This document shows positions 1-12,378 of a stretch of 64,000 nt of DNA, piece after piece (position 1 is the first letter of the stretch; each line of letters starts with the position of its first letter). The notes beneath the pieces are model-generated. The model made no database searches and was not told where the DNA came from. It saw only the letters and a program-made list of their open reading frames with translations. Source of the stretch: Corallochytrium limacisporum Hawaii (Eukaryota; Protista; Pluriformea); contig PDIP01000083.1 of NCBI GenBank assembly GCA_002811645.1, positions 162,834 through 226,833 on the forward strand. The letters are read 5' to 3'. The position numbers and the translations under genes are program-made.

Positions 1-807
1 CTAAATCAAAAAGAGTAGATTTGATACAATATTCCCAGACAGAGGGTGGTACTAAATATATTGATGACGATTGGCCGTGACGAATAATTTCAGTTTTTGG
101 GGCGCTTCCTTCTCTTTTTTTCTTGCGCAGGTGCAAGAGCGAAGCGAAGGGGCGCCGGAGGTGAAGGGGAGGGAGGGAGGGCGGGGGAGGGGGGGAAAAC
201 CAGGAAGGAGGGAAGGGTGGGGGGAGAGTGGCCGGGCAAAAGGTGGAGAGCGCCAGCGCCCAAAAGTGTGCGAGGTCTTTTTGGTTTCGTGCGGAGTGGC
301 AGGAACCGTATACCCAGCGACCAGTGGCTGAGAAACCCCCCTTTGCAGCAGAGACCTTTTCCTCAGCGTATCGTCCCTTTGCCTGGTGAAGGGGGAGGGC
401 GGTGTATACAGCCACTGCTGATAATACGCGGGTTTAGAGTCAGCCTTGCGCGGCGGGTTCTTTGCGCAATGGTTTCGGTGGTTGCCATCTGCGCACGGAC
501 GGATACTGATGCAGTCTGACCGGATATTCGATGTCGTTTTTATTCTGTTGTAGGATTTGTAGTGTCGCACATCTTAGGGATTGATACGCAGCCACATGCG
601 TCCCATGGTTGTTCCACCCAGGTACTTATGATCTGCCATACTTTAGCAATGATGTAGAGAAACTACCATTTATACCTCATCTGCAGAGCCTGACTAGTTT
701 ACGAAACAGTACTCAAATAACTTGTGGTTTGTTAGCTTGGTCAGCACCCAATAGACGAATGGTTTGAATCTGACGAGCCGCCAAAGTCGCGCAGATATGG
801 AATCACA

Positions 808-1563
808 ATGATCCTGGCAGAATCTTCAAGTATAGATCGTGACTCTCCCGTGTGCAGAGTCTGCTGGGTGGAAGCGACTGCTGACAACGGCTTAGTCAGC
901 CCGTGCAAATGTACCGGATCACTACAGTTTATCCACGAAGAGTGCCTCTCGCAATGGCTCAGCAATCTACCCTACCAGCGCCGCCTGAAATGTGAGATCT
1001 GCAACCACACTTACGAATCATGGGTACATCTCACTGCTACTGATGCTCTCCAGGCCATCCGACAAGCACCGTATGTAATCAAGCGTCTCGGCATGGCCAT
1101 TCTCACCGCCGGCTTCATCACGTACGTTGTCGGGCGAATGGCCCGGAATTTGCTCGCCTATGGTCCAATTCTCCTGTCAGGCGCTGCGACCTGGCTGCTG
1201 TCCGCCACAGTGGGTGACGGCGGTGGCATGCTCCTGGACATGGCAAGTAATTCATCACTGACATTCTCATTCTTTGCGAAGGACCAGAGCCTCCTCCTCC
1301 ATCTGATATTTGGCACCACCTTGCTGAGCATCTGGGGTATCTACCCCGAGGTGCCGATGGTCGCAGCCTTGCAGATCGCCATGTACACAGACCTTGGCAA
1401 TGCATGGGCCTGCGGGGTGCTCTGGACCCTGCTGATCTACGGCATGCAGGAGACAGTCACCTTCTTCTATCAGAAGGGTGCGCAGGGCCACTGGACGCAA
1501 CATGGCCGCATGACCCGTCTCTGGCAACGGGCTGGTTGGGCAGTGGCCAATAGTCAACAATGA
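808..1563 (+). CDS. RING-CH (RINGv, MARCH-like) membrane E3 ubiquitin ligase
   Basis: C4HC3 pattern CRVC..SPCKCTGSLQFIHEECL..W..CEIC followed by several hydrophobic segments. Confidence 0.85.
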   Translation: MILAESSSIDRDSPVCRVCWVEATADNGLVSPCKCTGSLQFIHEECLSQWLSNLPYQRRLKCEICNHTYESWVHLTATDALQAIRQAPYVIKRLGMAILTAGFITYVVGRMARNLLAYGPILLSGAATWLLSATVGDGGGMLLDMASNSSLTFSFFAKDQSLLLHLIFGTTLLSIWGIYPEVPMVAALQIAMYTDLGNAWACGVLWTLLIYGMQETVTFFYQKGAQGHWTQHGRMTRLWQRAGWAVANSQQ

Positions 1564-1851
1564 GACTCGTATCAGTCACTTTACATAGTTTATTATCATT
1601 ATTCCGCACACACATTCACCATTAGTATGGTCATCAATTGCAATAGCACAAAATACATAGAACTCAGTAGAATCTTCAAAAAATTAAGAAAAGGGTACAA
1701 TGTCTTTCTTTTGGCTATGATTGAAGCATAATGTTCTCGGGTGCTAAAGCGCAATCATTGTGAAGGGCACTGAAGAAATGTGACATGATTGCTTCTTTTG
1801 AGCCTTGTCAGGTTTGTATGGACGAAGACCATGGCAAGGGTCCTGGCAGTT

Positions 1852-3126
1852 CTAGCTCATTCTGATTTGGTAATCACCGTTCTGTGTTATGTACCGCACC
1901 CACGGCAGGGCCTGATAGCCAGACTTCTCAATAATCTTCAAGTAGCGCACCTGAATACCTGACGTCGTAAAGTACGGAATCTCAAACTTGACACTCACTG
2001 GCGGCCGTCCCTCACCTTCCTCACTCTCTACCGAAGGCAGACCAAAGTGTGCGCGCATCAGATATTCCTTACCGCCCTGGAATTGCTTGATTGTCCACAC
2101 AATGCAGTTGTCTTCCGGTGCGTATTTTACTACCCCGATGGTTGCCTTGAATTTGGGGCTGTCCGCGTCCTGAGGCACCGGAATTCGAATTTCCACATTG
2201 TTCGCCGTTGACCGCCGCTTGAACTGTGACTTTGTTTTGATCATGTACTCCACACGGCTATGACTGTAGCGCTCCACAATGGCGTCCACCCAAATCAGTG
2301 GCTTCACATTGGTGGAAAGGCGGTAGCTCATCAGTTCAAACTCGCCGTCCGGGGGAATGAAGGAGATGGTACGATCGTTCTCAAAACGACTCAAGCGCAC
2401 ACACTGGTGGAACTTAACGTCTTCCAGTTCGACCATCTTTCCCTTCGAAAATGTACGTCCCTGAGTCTCGAAAAGTACTTTGTCGTTTAGTCCCAGTCGC
2501 AACTCCGGCATACCTGACAAGAAGCACTTCATCTTAATGGCTCCAATAATCTCACTGCGCAGCAGATTGCCATTGGCACCAACCATTAGATTCACGCTCT
2601 CCACGACGTCCAGGAACACTTCATTCTTACGATGCTTGATGCCCTCACTGCGCCAGCTGACAGCATTTGTGACAGCGATTGGTACACTGGGGGCGCTTTC
2701 GGCCTTGTAGGACTCCTGTGTAATGTATTCCTGGAGAATCTTGGTCTCCGTAACCTGCGGATATCCGAAATCCATCAACTCATCCAGCAGCTCGTAGATG
2801 ATTACGAAATTGTCCCGAATGCTTTCCTCCTGCAGCTCTTTAAAGTATTCCGTCATAATGTTGACCACCTTGTGCAGGTATACAAAAATCTGGCTGACAT
2901 TGGCATTATAATGCGTTGTAGCGACGAGAAAAAGGCTGTTGTGGCGAATGTAGGCGAAAGTCACGTCATCCATAACAATCAAGGGCTGAACATTGCCTTC
3001 CTCTTCCATGTCCATCTGCTGGGGCAGAAAGCGTTCAATCACGTTCATAGGGATATCTCCACGGTAGTTCCTGGAGATCAGGACCTTGCCCTTCATGTCC
3101 AGAATGTAGACTGCAGATGCCACCAT
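1852..3126 (-). CDS. AP1M1: AP-1 complex subunit mu-1
   Basis: Near-canonical sequence: VYILDMKGKVLISRNYRGD, DNFVIIYELLDELMDFGYPQ, VSWRSEGIK, FIPPDGEFELMSYR, YQALPWVRYITQNGDY. Confidence 0.97.
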   Translation of the reverse strand: MVASAVYILDMKGKVLISRNYRGDIPMNVIERFLPQQMDMEEEGNVQPLIVMDDVTFAYIRHNSLFLVATTHYNANVSQIFVYLHKVVNIMTEYFKELQEESIRDNFVIIYELLDELMDFGYPQVTETKILQEYITQESYKAESAPSVPIAVTNAVSWRSEGIKHRKNEVFLDVVESVNLMVGANGNLLRSEIIGAIKMKCFLSGMPELRLGLNDKVLFETQGRTFSKGKMVELEDVKFHQCVRLSRFENDRTISFIPPDGEFELMSYRLSTNVKPLIWVDAIVERYSHSRVEYMIKTKSQFKRRSTANNVEIRIPVPQDADSPKFKATIGVVKYAPEDNCIVWTIKQFQGGKEYLMRAHFGLPSVESEEGEGRPPVSVKFEIPYFTTSGIQVRYLKIIEKSGYQALPWVRYITQNGDYQIRMS

Positions 3127-6100
3127 GGTTACTTCGGGTTTCTGCTCTACCGTTGCTTTGCCTTTCTTTACCTGTTGAATTTACTCCAATTTGTTTTGAC
3201 CGGATAAATATGAAAAAGATGTCGGAACAATGACTTTGCACCGCTGCTTCAGATCCATACACGGACTCAACCAGGTTTGAACTAAATACCCCAAAGAGAT
3301 TACCCAGTCTTTTATGCCAGGCAAGTTCCCAAGAACTCTCCCTTCAAATATGTGGGTCGTTCTTCCTTTGTATTTGAGAATTGCGATGTTGGCACATGAT
3401 ACAATGCTGTGATCCTCAGATACCTTCTGGTCCCAGGAAGCTTTTGTGTCCTGGAAGCTCCACATCTATGCTAGACGTGCGTCCCATCCGTCTAAAGCTG
3501 GTTTCCAGGAGGCATTCCGGAACCGTGATGGTGACCAAAAAGTGTGAGCTCTGAGGTCCCTCGGTCGGACCCACGACCGCGGAGCCGTTGGTCGCGGCTC
3601 CCTCCGTAGCTATGAATTGCTGTGGCTCTCCCACTACTATTTGGAACCCACGGCAAAGACCCAAACGCTAAGCCTGCTCCTCTGATGTGTAGCCACTGGC
3701 ACCTCATCCGACCAGTACTTGAATCGCCGGACCGGTACAGCCTTTTGTTGCGAACAATAACACTGGCCCCCACCGGTACCTAACTTACTCGCTCCCTTCC
3801 CGGGTTCCCGTCCGGCTCGCTTGCCCGGACTCGTCACCGGTTGCGTCCCAACAACAGTACATTCACTATGCACACTGGCACAGCAGTGCGTTCGGGCGCG
3901 AGAGCGGGGGCAAGGCTGCAAGGGCTAAACAGTGCTCCGAGTCGCACGTCGGCGCTTGCCATCCATACTTTCACTATTGAAAACTGTTCCCCTCCGAGTC
4001 TCCCAAGTGAGACTGCATAGTATAGCAACCGGGCTGTCAAGCGAACCGACTCCGACCCGGGAAGACTGAACCTAGCAAAAAGCCATAACATAAACCAAGT
4101 AGATTCTTTCGATTCCAAACACAATCGTATTTTAAATATATCTTACTGGCTACACATTTGTTTATTAGAGAAATCACAATCAATATATACTATAGAAGGG
4201 TAAACATCCCGCTTCGATTCTGAATGTTTTAGTTAGTGATTTTTCGGCCTGCCACAGTATTGCGGCCGCGCCAGTGTTGTTGTGCCTTCCTTCCCCCCTT
4301 CTCCCCGCCCTCCCCCTTTGCTACGCCCGTTCCTCATTCCCCGCCGACCTCCCGTACATTCGGTATGAAATACCGCACTGGGACCGTTTTCTTGTTCCCT
4401 TTCATTCCGCCTTTTTGGCTTTCGTTTATTTCTCCACCAACACAACCACCTCCGCCTTTGCTGCTGTTCACAAAGGGAGGACAAGGGGGCGCTAAGCTTT
4501 ACGGGAAAGTGGTTTGATTGAACGACAGGGGGTGGAGGAGGGGAAGCGAGCAAGGTTGTGTGTGTGGGGGGGGGAAAAAAAAAGGGGGGGGGAAAAAAAA
4601 AAAAAAAAAAAAGAGAGGGAAATGGCCCACCCTTGGCCTACTGGCGGCTGTTTGGCTCCTGGGCCACGGTGTGTGCAGTACCGCGCAGGGGGGGGGGGGC
4701 AGCCATCCGGAATCTGGGGATAGTCGGGCGCTTGCCCACGTGCTTCATCTTGTGGTACATTAGCTATGGACTGGGTCCCTTGGCAGGGGACGAGGAGTTT
4801 CGTTTGCATTACAACACACAGGAAGTTGTGCCGATGTTCTTGTTGTTGGTTTGCAATCAGTTGTGTTGGTGAAGGCAGATTGCACTGATAGAGAGGCTTC
4901 TCACTAGGACAGCATCGGGTAACAGCAGCAACAGCACCATCTTCTACGGTACACATGTTTAAACTTGGTTCATGATCATTCTGGTGTCGGTGTTTGCGTT
5001 CTTCATGTGTGACGGCTTGGCGCGCGAACACACAACACGTCAAGAGAAACCTGCACACATCATGGCCGAACAGTGCTCTTCTGCGCAGAATACCTCATGT
5101 CACACACACAAACACACACACACACAATTTTCCACGCGCCAGCAAATTATAGAATGTTATAGAGATATGGACATCGCTAACATGAAACGATTGCCCTGAT
5201 TTTCCAACGTCACACGGAGTTTTCCGTGGCACTGATTCTGGGCTAGTCTTTGACGCGCTTCGGGACCAGAACACCGAGTAACAAAATTCGGTGCCCTTCG
5301 CATAAGGCAAGCCAAGCCGCACACGAGGGTGGTGTGTTTGTGTACCCGAGTGGTACCATTGTACCCTTCCATTCCGTATGGCTCCCAAAATAATTGTTGT
5401 GTACGGGGCGCTGCGCTCCGTTTTACGCATGGCGGAACCTGGACCTTCTTCCTCCTCTCCCACTCCCTCTCCCTCGCTCACTCTCTTTCTCTCTCGCGCT
5501 TCGGGACTTCAGTTCCTTTAATACCGAAAAGCGCCCTTCCCTCTCTCTCGGTGGGCTCTCTAATCCCACCACCACTCTCTCGTCGCCCTCGCTTTTACTT
5601 CTCAGTGTGCGTGGTGTTCTACACTATCATTTCTGCACTATGTAGGGCACGGATGGCCCAAACGCGAATGGACGACAGTGGCTGTTTTGTTACTGTACAT
5701 ATATACAGAGCGATAGAGCGACAGAGCGAGCATCGCATTCGGTCACTGGCCTTGTCCACCACCACCAGACATGCCCTTTCGATCGCTCTCTAGTCTCCGT
5801 GGTTCCTCACATTTTTTTTTCATTTCTTGTACTGTGTGTTTCTAAAGCAAGCATGTGAATTACCTTTTGGTGACAACGATTGTCAAATAAACAGTTTCCA
5901 TTTAAAACCATTTGATGATGATGGTTGCTGGTGACGATGTGGGAATTTTGTTGTAGTGCTTTTCAAATTTCCGGTTGACCTTTGGAATCTTTTCTCTGGC
6001 ACGTGGTATTTCAGAGAGTCAATGATACACTATGATTAGACCACACGTGTTGTGAATTCCAACAGAAGCTTTCGGTAATTTGGGATTTCTCAATTATATT

Positions 6101-6329
6101 TATTGGGTTATTTCTGGAACAAGTAGTCTTTCTATTTCGTGTTCAAATTTGCAAACATCGCCTGCACAACAGGATAAAGGGTCGGGGTGACGCAGGAGAA
6201 GAACACCCGCGACGATAAATTTTTGCGAATCAAAGAGCACAAAACCTTATACTACTAAGGACTTCCGCGCTTTCAAGCATTTTAAGCCTGCAACGTTATT
6301 CTTCTAAGAATTCAATTTGAGAATCAAAA

Positions 6330-7286
6330 ATGGCACAGGTTAACCAGTTTGCTTTGCTCAACGACGAGGGTGCGTCTGATGACGAGCGTGCTCCCGGAGC
6401 CCCTACCCCAAAGGCTAAGAACCAGGGGTCCTCTGCCGGTGGTCCTTCCGGCGGTGCCGTGAAGAAGCCTCAGGGTGGTCTTGACCAGGCTAATGCCCCT
6501 GCGATCGGTGGTGACAACGACCGTCGCGGAGATAAAGGCCGCGGTCGAGGACGTGGCGGTCGCGGACGCGGCGGCCGCGGTGGCCGCGGTGGAAGAGGCC
6601 GTGACCACGACCGTGCCTCTGGTACTGGTCGCCCTGCCTTCCGTCACGACGATGGCAAGAAGAGCGGTGGTGGTGCCCACAACTGGGGCAATGCCGCTGA
6701 GGAGGAGAAGGCAGCCGCTGCCGATGCTGGCCTGCCCGTACCCGAGGACGGTGCCGTTCCGGACGGTGCTGTGGCTGCCACTGCTGAGGGCGCCGAGGGT
6801 GCTGAGGGCAAGGTTCAGGTCGTCGAGGAAGAGATCCAGGGCATGACGCTCGAGGACTACAAGAAGAAGGCCGAACAGGAAAAGCTGTCCGCTTCTACTG
6901 GCCGCAAGGCTGGCGAGGGTGTTGACAACAGCCAGTGGAAGGGTGCCGTCAAGTTTGAGAAGAAGCCAGATGCTGAGTTTGATGACATGGGCTTCTTTGA
7001 GGGTAAGGGTGATGTACAGGGTGCCCGCAAGAACAAGGGCCGCAGCATCAAGGAGAACAAGGCTCTGGCTGTGGAGTTCCAGACTACCGACCCTAACGCC
7101 CGTGACGACTATGGCCGTGGTGGTGATCGCCGTGGTGGACGTGGTGGACGTGGCGGACGCGGTGGCCGTGGTGGACGCGGCGGCCGTGGCGGTGACACTG
7201 GTCGCCGTGGCGGCCGTGGTGGTCGTGGAGGCAGTGAGAGCAAGCCTAACGTGTATGATCCCTCTGCCTTCCCCACTCTGGCCTAA
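6330..7286 (+). CDS. SERBP1: SERBP1/HABP4/Stm1-family RGG RNA/ribosome-binding protein
   Basis: N-terminal NQFALL, DRASGTGR, GGGAHNWG, MTLEDY, two RGG tracts, C-terminal FPTLA; strong codon bias. Confidence 0.88.
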   Translation: MAQVNQFALLNDEGASDDERAPGAPTPKAKNQGSSAGGPSGGAVKKPQGGLDQANAPAIGGDNDRRGDKGRGRGRGGRGRGGRGGRGGRGRDHDRASGTGRPAFRHDDGKKSGGGAHNWGNAAEEEKAAAADAGLPVPEDGAVPDGAVAATAEGAEGAEGKVQVVEEEIQGMTLEDYKKKAEQEKLSASTGRKAGEGVDNSQWKGAVKFEKKPDAEFDDMGFFEGKGDVQGARKNKGRSIKENKALAVEFQTTDPNARDDYGRGGDRRGGRGGRGGRGGRGGRGGRGGDTGRRGGRGGRGGSESKPNVYDPSAFPTLA

Positions 7287-8510
7287 TTGACAGAAACGAG
7301 GTGGCGAATTCTCCCGCTTTTCGAATGGTCCATTGCGTGTGTGTGCTCTCGGAAGCAAACACAACAATAGTAGTTGTATGAAGATCATCAACTGGATCAT
7401 CAAACAGCATCGTCCCCAGGGAAGTGTATTTGTTCAGAGGTTTGTTCTCTTCTTGTCAACAGCGTCTTCTTCTTGTTTCCTGTTTCCTTTTGTCTTGATG
7501 ACAGGGTGAACAACAGAGATGAATACGTAAACTGTAGAACTTGCATGAAGAAACAGCTCGTGAAACAAAGGTAAAGTTTGAGAGACAGCCGGAAAGCATT
7601 GATCTTTTAGCAAAAGTTCAAAAGAAACCCACAAGCCCCCCAAACGAACGGATGAGTGAGAGAAAGAAGAGAGCGATCAAACAAAAGAAGAAGAGACATC
7701 GTAAACGAGGCGTACACTGTACCACAACAGAGAACACATATGTGAAACCTGTGGGCATCGGTGGCAGTCATCCATTGTACTTTTCTGCTTATTATCACTT
7801 TTGGACACACCAATCCTCAACCGCGCACAACTCATTTCACCACAACAACTTTCCATCATCACTTTTAGCATCATCCTCCACAACAACCACACCATCCTCT
7901 TGATTCCTTCCTTTGTAACCTTTTGTTCACATTCAAACATGTTTCTTTGCCCTGTTGTGTCTCCATTGTGACTATGGGAGCATAGTAGACTCGCCATCTT
8001 GAAGAGTTATTTCCAAGCGTTCTCAATCTTAGGTGCGAATGCGAACACAGCACGTCAAACCAAAACATCTAAAAGGCAACCCATATACACCTTCTAATTC
8101 CTATAGCCAACCATTCTGCATCATCCAGTCAAGTTTTTATTTCATGGTCGTGCTCACGGCCTCACGACCGGACATGCGATCGATGTCTCTTACCATCTTA
8201 CGCGTTGCCGTCCGTTGGTCCTGGCCGCCTTCACCCAACCCAAACCCCCGTCTCCCCCCCCCCCCTCTCTCCCGGGGGAAGGGGGAGGAGGGGTGGCCGG
8301 CCATTTGGCCCACCCACCAGGTGACACATACGCGCGCTCTAGTGGAAGAGCAACGGTGCGTCCACCATTCCAGGCCTATTTGAGAGGCGATGATGTCCCG
8401 TGTGATGAATAGACGACTAAGAGTTCAACAGGATTGTTTCCATGTCCATCGGAACCTAGTATTTCAAGAATCGAACCTTTTATTTTCCAGGATGAGCAAG
8501 GGAATAGGGG

Positions 8511-10181
8511 ATGGAACCACTCAGTATGGTAGTGGATAAAGGCACTAGCACTGCCGCCGGGCCTGATCCGGCCAAATTCCACTCACTCACAACGCAAATA
8601 TTCCAGGAACCTGGAAATCAACGTAAGAGCAGCAAACAAGCCATAGAATCACAGAGCAGTAGGGGTCGGAAGCGACGGAAGAACCCGGACCAAAGCAAGG
8701 GCAAAGGCAAGGACCATGCACTTGCATCCCTCGACCTGCGCCTCATGGCTCGGTCAGAGGCTTTGTTTCCATCGACTCCCACTGACGCTGCTCGGCTTTC
8801 AATGCATAGTCGGATGTCAGGACCTGAATTCAACACAAGCAACCGAAAAGTAGAAGCCGTCTCAGTCGGAGATGGTGCAGCACTTAATGAAGGAACGGAC
8901 AGTAAAGCCCTGACGGTCAGTCGTAAAGGGACTGAAAGTATTGGTCCAAAGGACGAGAAACAGCGTAAAATCGAAGACCAGACCATTGATCTTATGGCCA
9001 ACCCGTACAGTAAGGACCGGGGCCAGACGATGGAGACAAGTGGGGCGGCAAAGAAAGACTCTACGGTTGTTGTGGTGAAATCTTCAATCACAGGTCGTTT
9101 GATCGAACTACCCAAACCACCTCACGTCCCAAAGCCCATATGGCACGCACCCTGGACCCTCAGCCGATTAATTCGTGGTCATGCCGGCTGGATCACCTGC
9201 ATCGACGTCGATGTCAGCAACGATTGGTTCGTTACTGGTAGCAACGATCGGACACTAAAAGTTTGGGATCTGGCGCTGGGGTCTCTGAAAGTCACCCTCA
9301 CAGGCCATCTTGGTAGTGTCAAGTGTTGCAGGGTGTCAGACCGTCATCCGTACCTATTCAGCGCCGGAGACGATTTCCAGATCAAATGCTGGGATCTCAC
9401 GGTGAATCGGGTGATTAAGCAGTACCACGGGCACAGCGCTGGTGTGCTCACAGTGGATGTGCATCCTGCATTAGACGTGGTGGTCAGCGGTGGTCGGGAC
9501 AGTACAGTTCGTGTATGGGACATCCGTAGCAGCCGGGGCGCTCTGACCATGCGCACATCATCGAAAGATGCCGCCGTAACAACTTTGAAGTGCCAAAAAG
9601 CTGATCCACAGATCATAACCGCGGGCATGGACGGAGCAGTCAGGTTGTGGGACCTGCGCGCAATGGGGAAATGTGTCGCAACGCTCACACACCACCGTGG
9701 ATCGGTCAAAGGACTGACTCTGCATCCAGCAGAATGGACTTTTGTGACTGGTGCGAAGGATGGTTTGCGGAAATGGCAGTTTCCAGACGGTAGGTTCCTG
9801 CAGCATCTGCCGTTCCAACGGACAACAGGCACAGAAAACGACGCTGCAGTGGTCGGTATCGAGAACAACTGTAACGTCGTCTGCGTGAATGACGACGATG
9901 TCTTGCTAGCAGGAATGGACAACGGTCGTGTACTGCTGCATGACTACCGCAGTGGGCACCGGTTCCAGGTGCTCACCGCACCGCTGCAGCAGGGCAGTCT
10001 GGATTCCGAAGCTGGTATCCTCAGCGCGACTTTCGATCGTTCGGGGAGTCGATTACTCACTGTAGGTACGGATAAGACCATTAAAGTGTGGAAGGAGGAT
10101 GCCGACGCAACCCCCGAGAGTCACCCAGTCGATGTGAGAGGCTGGGAAAGGGAGCTCACGGCTCGCAGGCAGAAGAGGTAA
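8511..10181 (+). CDS. PLRG1: Pleiotropic regulator 1 / Prp46 (NTC spliceosome WD40 protein)
   Basis: PKPIWHAPWTLSRLIRGHAGW, WD40 repeats, QQGSLDSEAGI, DKTIKVWKED..ATPESHPV. Confidence 0.92.
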   Translation: MEPLSMVVDKGTSTAAGPDPAKFHSLTTQIFQEPGNQRKSSKQAIESQSSRGRKRRKNPDQSKGKGKDHALASLDLRLMARSEALFPSTPTDAARLSMHSRMSGPEFNTSNRKVEAVSVGDGAALNEGTDSKALTVSRKGTESIGPKDEKQRKIEDQTIDLMANPYSKDRGQTMETSGAAKKDSTVVVVKSSITGRLIELPKPPHVPKPIWHAPWTLSRLIRGHAGWITCIDVDVSNDWFVTGSNDRTLKVWDLALGSLKVTLTGHLGSVKCCRVSDRHPYLFSAGDDFQIKCWDLTVNRVIKQYHGHSAGVLTVDVHPALDVVVSGGRDSTVRVWDIRSSRGALTMRTSSKDAAVTTLKCQKADPQIITAGMDGAVRLWDLRAMGKCVATLTHHRGSVKGLTLHPAEWTFVTGAKDGLRKWQFPDGRFLQHLPFQRTTGTENDAAVVGIENNCNVVCVNDDDVLLAGMDNGRVLLHDYRSGHRFQVLTAPLQQGSLDSEAGILSATFDRSGSRLLTVGTDKTIKVWKEDADATPESHPVDVRGWERELTARRQKR

Positions 10182-10344
10182 ATAGATTTGTGACATGGAA
10201 TGTAGCGTAAAATATCAGTAGGATGTAGCAGTCATTTGCATTGTCTTTGGCGGTGTGTAGTAATGGCATTCTGAACAATTCACCGAGCAAGTCAGCGTGT
10301 CCGAACGTATTTTATAGAATTTTCGTTAATCTGGTCGTCGACTT

Positions 10345-12378
10345 TTACCTTTGACCCTGCACAATGTGAGCTGGCGGCTTGCCGCTGCTGCTCAGCCGAC
10401 GAGTGATGGCACCGAGAGATGTACGGATCTTGGTTCCGAGTTCTCCCATCTTGGACTGACCCTGCGGCTTGCGGGGCCGGGCCAGCCCGCCGGACGACGG
10501 CCGTCCCTTGGAAATACCGTTCATGGGCTTGGTATTAGCGGAACCACGGAGCTGTTGCTTCATGACATTGCCCATGTTCTCTTTGTCATGTGGTCCGTCC
10601 AGAATGATCTCAGAATTGAAATTTTGCTGTGTTCCGCGTTTGTTTCCGGAGTGTCCCCTCAGCACAGGTTGGGCACTGTTGGCATCATAAGAGAAGGAAT
10701 CCACGCTTGGGTCTCGCCTTTTCTGAGGCGCCACACCCTTGCGTCCAAGGGATCCCTTGCGTCCTAGACGGTCCCGGAGAGAGTGGCGACGCTTGACGGT
10801 TGCGGTCTGCTTGGGTGGTGGCTGGGTGCTGACTTTAGAGAGCAATTCCGCATCACTGGCGCCTGCCTGCACTGACAGGCGCTTAGATCGTTCGGCAGCG
10901 GACCCGATGGTGTTAGTAGGCATGCTGGGATTGATGGTGCTGCCTTGGATCTTTGCCTTGTGCGCTCCCCCGATGCCAATGGACTGCTGTGAAGAACGAC
11001 GGCTCGCAGCCATGCCCGTAGCCTTGTGGGGCATGGCAGGAGAGGAGTCTCCACGCTTTGGCGGCTGTGGTTTGTAATTACGATTCTTAACTTCGATGCT
11101 GGCGTTAACGATGTCCGGGAAGTCAGTGGCATCGTATGAACTCTGGCGGAAGGCACGCAGGTGGTCAACTCGCACATCACCCACGGAACTGGATGCGCGG
11201 TGCATGCGGCCGGTCCCGGAGGTAGAGTTGTTACGTGCTCTCTGCAAGTACTGTGCAGTGCCAAGCTTGGCATGATCTTTGGACACGGGTGCACCATTGG
11301 TGCCATTGCCCCTACGACCTTCCAGAGATCCGGTGCTGATGGCCATGGAAACCTCATCGTCCCCTTGTCCGCTGGGATCAATGATCAGTCCAATACTATC
11401 GCTTAGCTCGAGAAGGTCCATGAAGCTGCGGAGCATGAAACCGTGATCGGCAACATCGCGCTGTTCCGGCAGGGCGGTTTTCTTGCCATCCCGAGGATCC
11501 GTGCTCGCAACCCGGCGATACATGTTCGGAGCAATACAAGTGGCCAAGTTTTGCATTGTCATTTTGTGCGTGTCTTTGGACTGTGTGAGGTCGTGGAAAT
11601 ACCGCAGTAGGTACACAAGAAGGTGACGATGGGTGCGGGGCAGCAAGAACACGGCCAAACGTGTCATTTCATGACGACGCGTCTTGTCCTTCATGGCAGC
11701 CACAGCCAGAAACGTCTCATAGAGGTTGACAGGCACCAAAGGTTCCGGTAGCTCACGCAGGTAGAGCTTCAGCAAACCGGCGCAGTCGTGTGGGGTGAGG
11801 TCTTCCAGGCATTGGTATTGTCCCTGATCAACCGCGTAACGGGCGGCATTGATTCTGGAGCTGGACCCGGACATACGGAAGAGACCTTTAGGAACCTCAC
11901 ATGCGCCCAACCGGGTCACAAGCTCGTATACGAGACGTGGAATGTAGAGCTCGACATCGGAACCATCGCTACAGGTCTTGCCGTCCAGGGCAACCACACT
12001 CAAGGCTCCAGGGTTGGTGAGCACCACGTCCAAGCGTGTCTTAAACACCGGCGGCAGGCCTGTGCCGCTTTCATTCTCCCGGTCATCGAGCATGACAGAG
12101 TCCCGCTTCTTGTCACTACCGCCAAACACAGTGAGTTTGGAGGACTTTGGTACTGGGATATTCTCCTGACGCAAACGGGTGCGAGCGTACGCAGCTAGCC
12201 TTTCCTTGGTCTCCTCACTCAGATCGGCAGTGGCTCTGCCGTTGTGGTCCTGAAGCAGTCCGCTGAGGTCATCTGATGACTTGACCGACTTGATACGTTC
12301 CTTGGTGGCATCGTTTAGAGTCTGGCTGCCACTGCGGGCAAGCTTTGCATAGGCAGGGTTCTTTACTGTACTGGTCAT
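10345..12378 (-). CDS. RhoGAP-domain protein (ARHGAP11-like) with long basic disordered tail
   Basis: IPRLV..GLFRMSG (arginine finger), DCAGLLKLYLRELPEPL, KMTMQNLATCIAPN. Confidence 0.88.
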   Translation of the reverse strand: MTSTVKNPAYAKLARSGSQTLNDATKERIKSVKSSDDLSGLLQDHNGRATADLSEETKERLAAYARTRLRQENIPVPKSSKLTVFGGSDKKRDSVMLDDRENESGTGLPPVFKTRLDVVLTNPGALSVVALDGKTCSDGSDVELYIPRLVYELVTRLGACEVPKGLFRMSGSSSRINAARYAVDQGQYQCLEDLTPHDCAGLLKLYLRELPEPLVPVNLYETFLAVAAMKDKTRRHEMTRLAVFLLPRTHRHLLVYLLRYFHDLTQSKDTHKMTMQNLATCIAPNMYRRVASTDPRDGKKTALPEQRDVADHGFMLRSFMDLLELSDSIGLIIDPSGQGDDEVSMAISTGSLEGRRGNGTNGAPVSKDHAKLGTAQYLQRARNNSTSGTGRMHRASSSVGDVRVDHLRAFRQSSYDATDFPDIVNASIEVKNRNYKPQPPKRGDSSPAMPHKATGMAASRRSSQQSIGIGGAHKAKIQGSTINPSMPTNTIGSAAERSKRLSVQAGASDAELLSKVSTQPPPKQTATVKRRHSLRDRLGRKGSLGRKGVAPQKRRDPSVDSFSYDANSAQPVLRGHSGNKRGTQQNFNSEIILDGPHDKENMGNVMKQQLRGSANTKPMNGISKGRPSSGGLARPRKPQGQSKMGELGTKIRTSLGAITRRLSSSGKPPAHIVQGQR

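Noticed and set aside
6324-7403. 359-aa antisense ORF over SERBP1, and similar antisense ORFs over RPA1, annexin and USO1
   Set aside because: Shadow frames produced by codon bias of the real sense genes; no recognisable motifs
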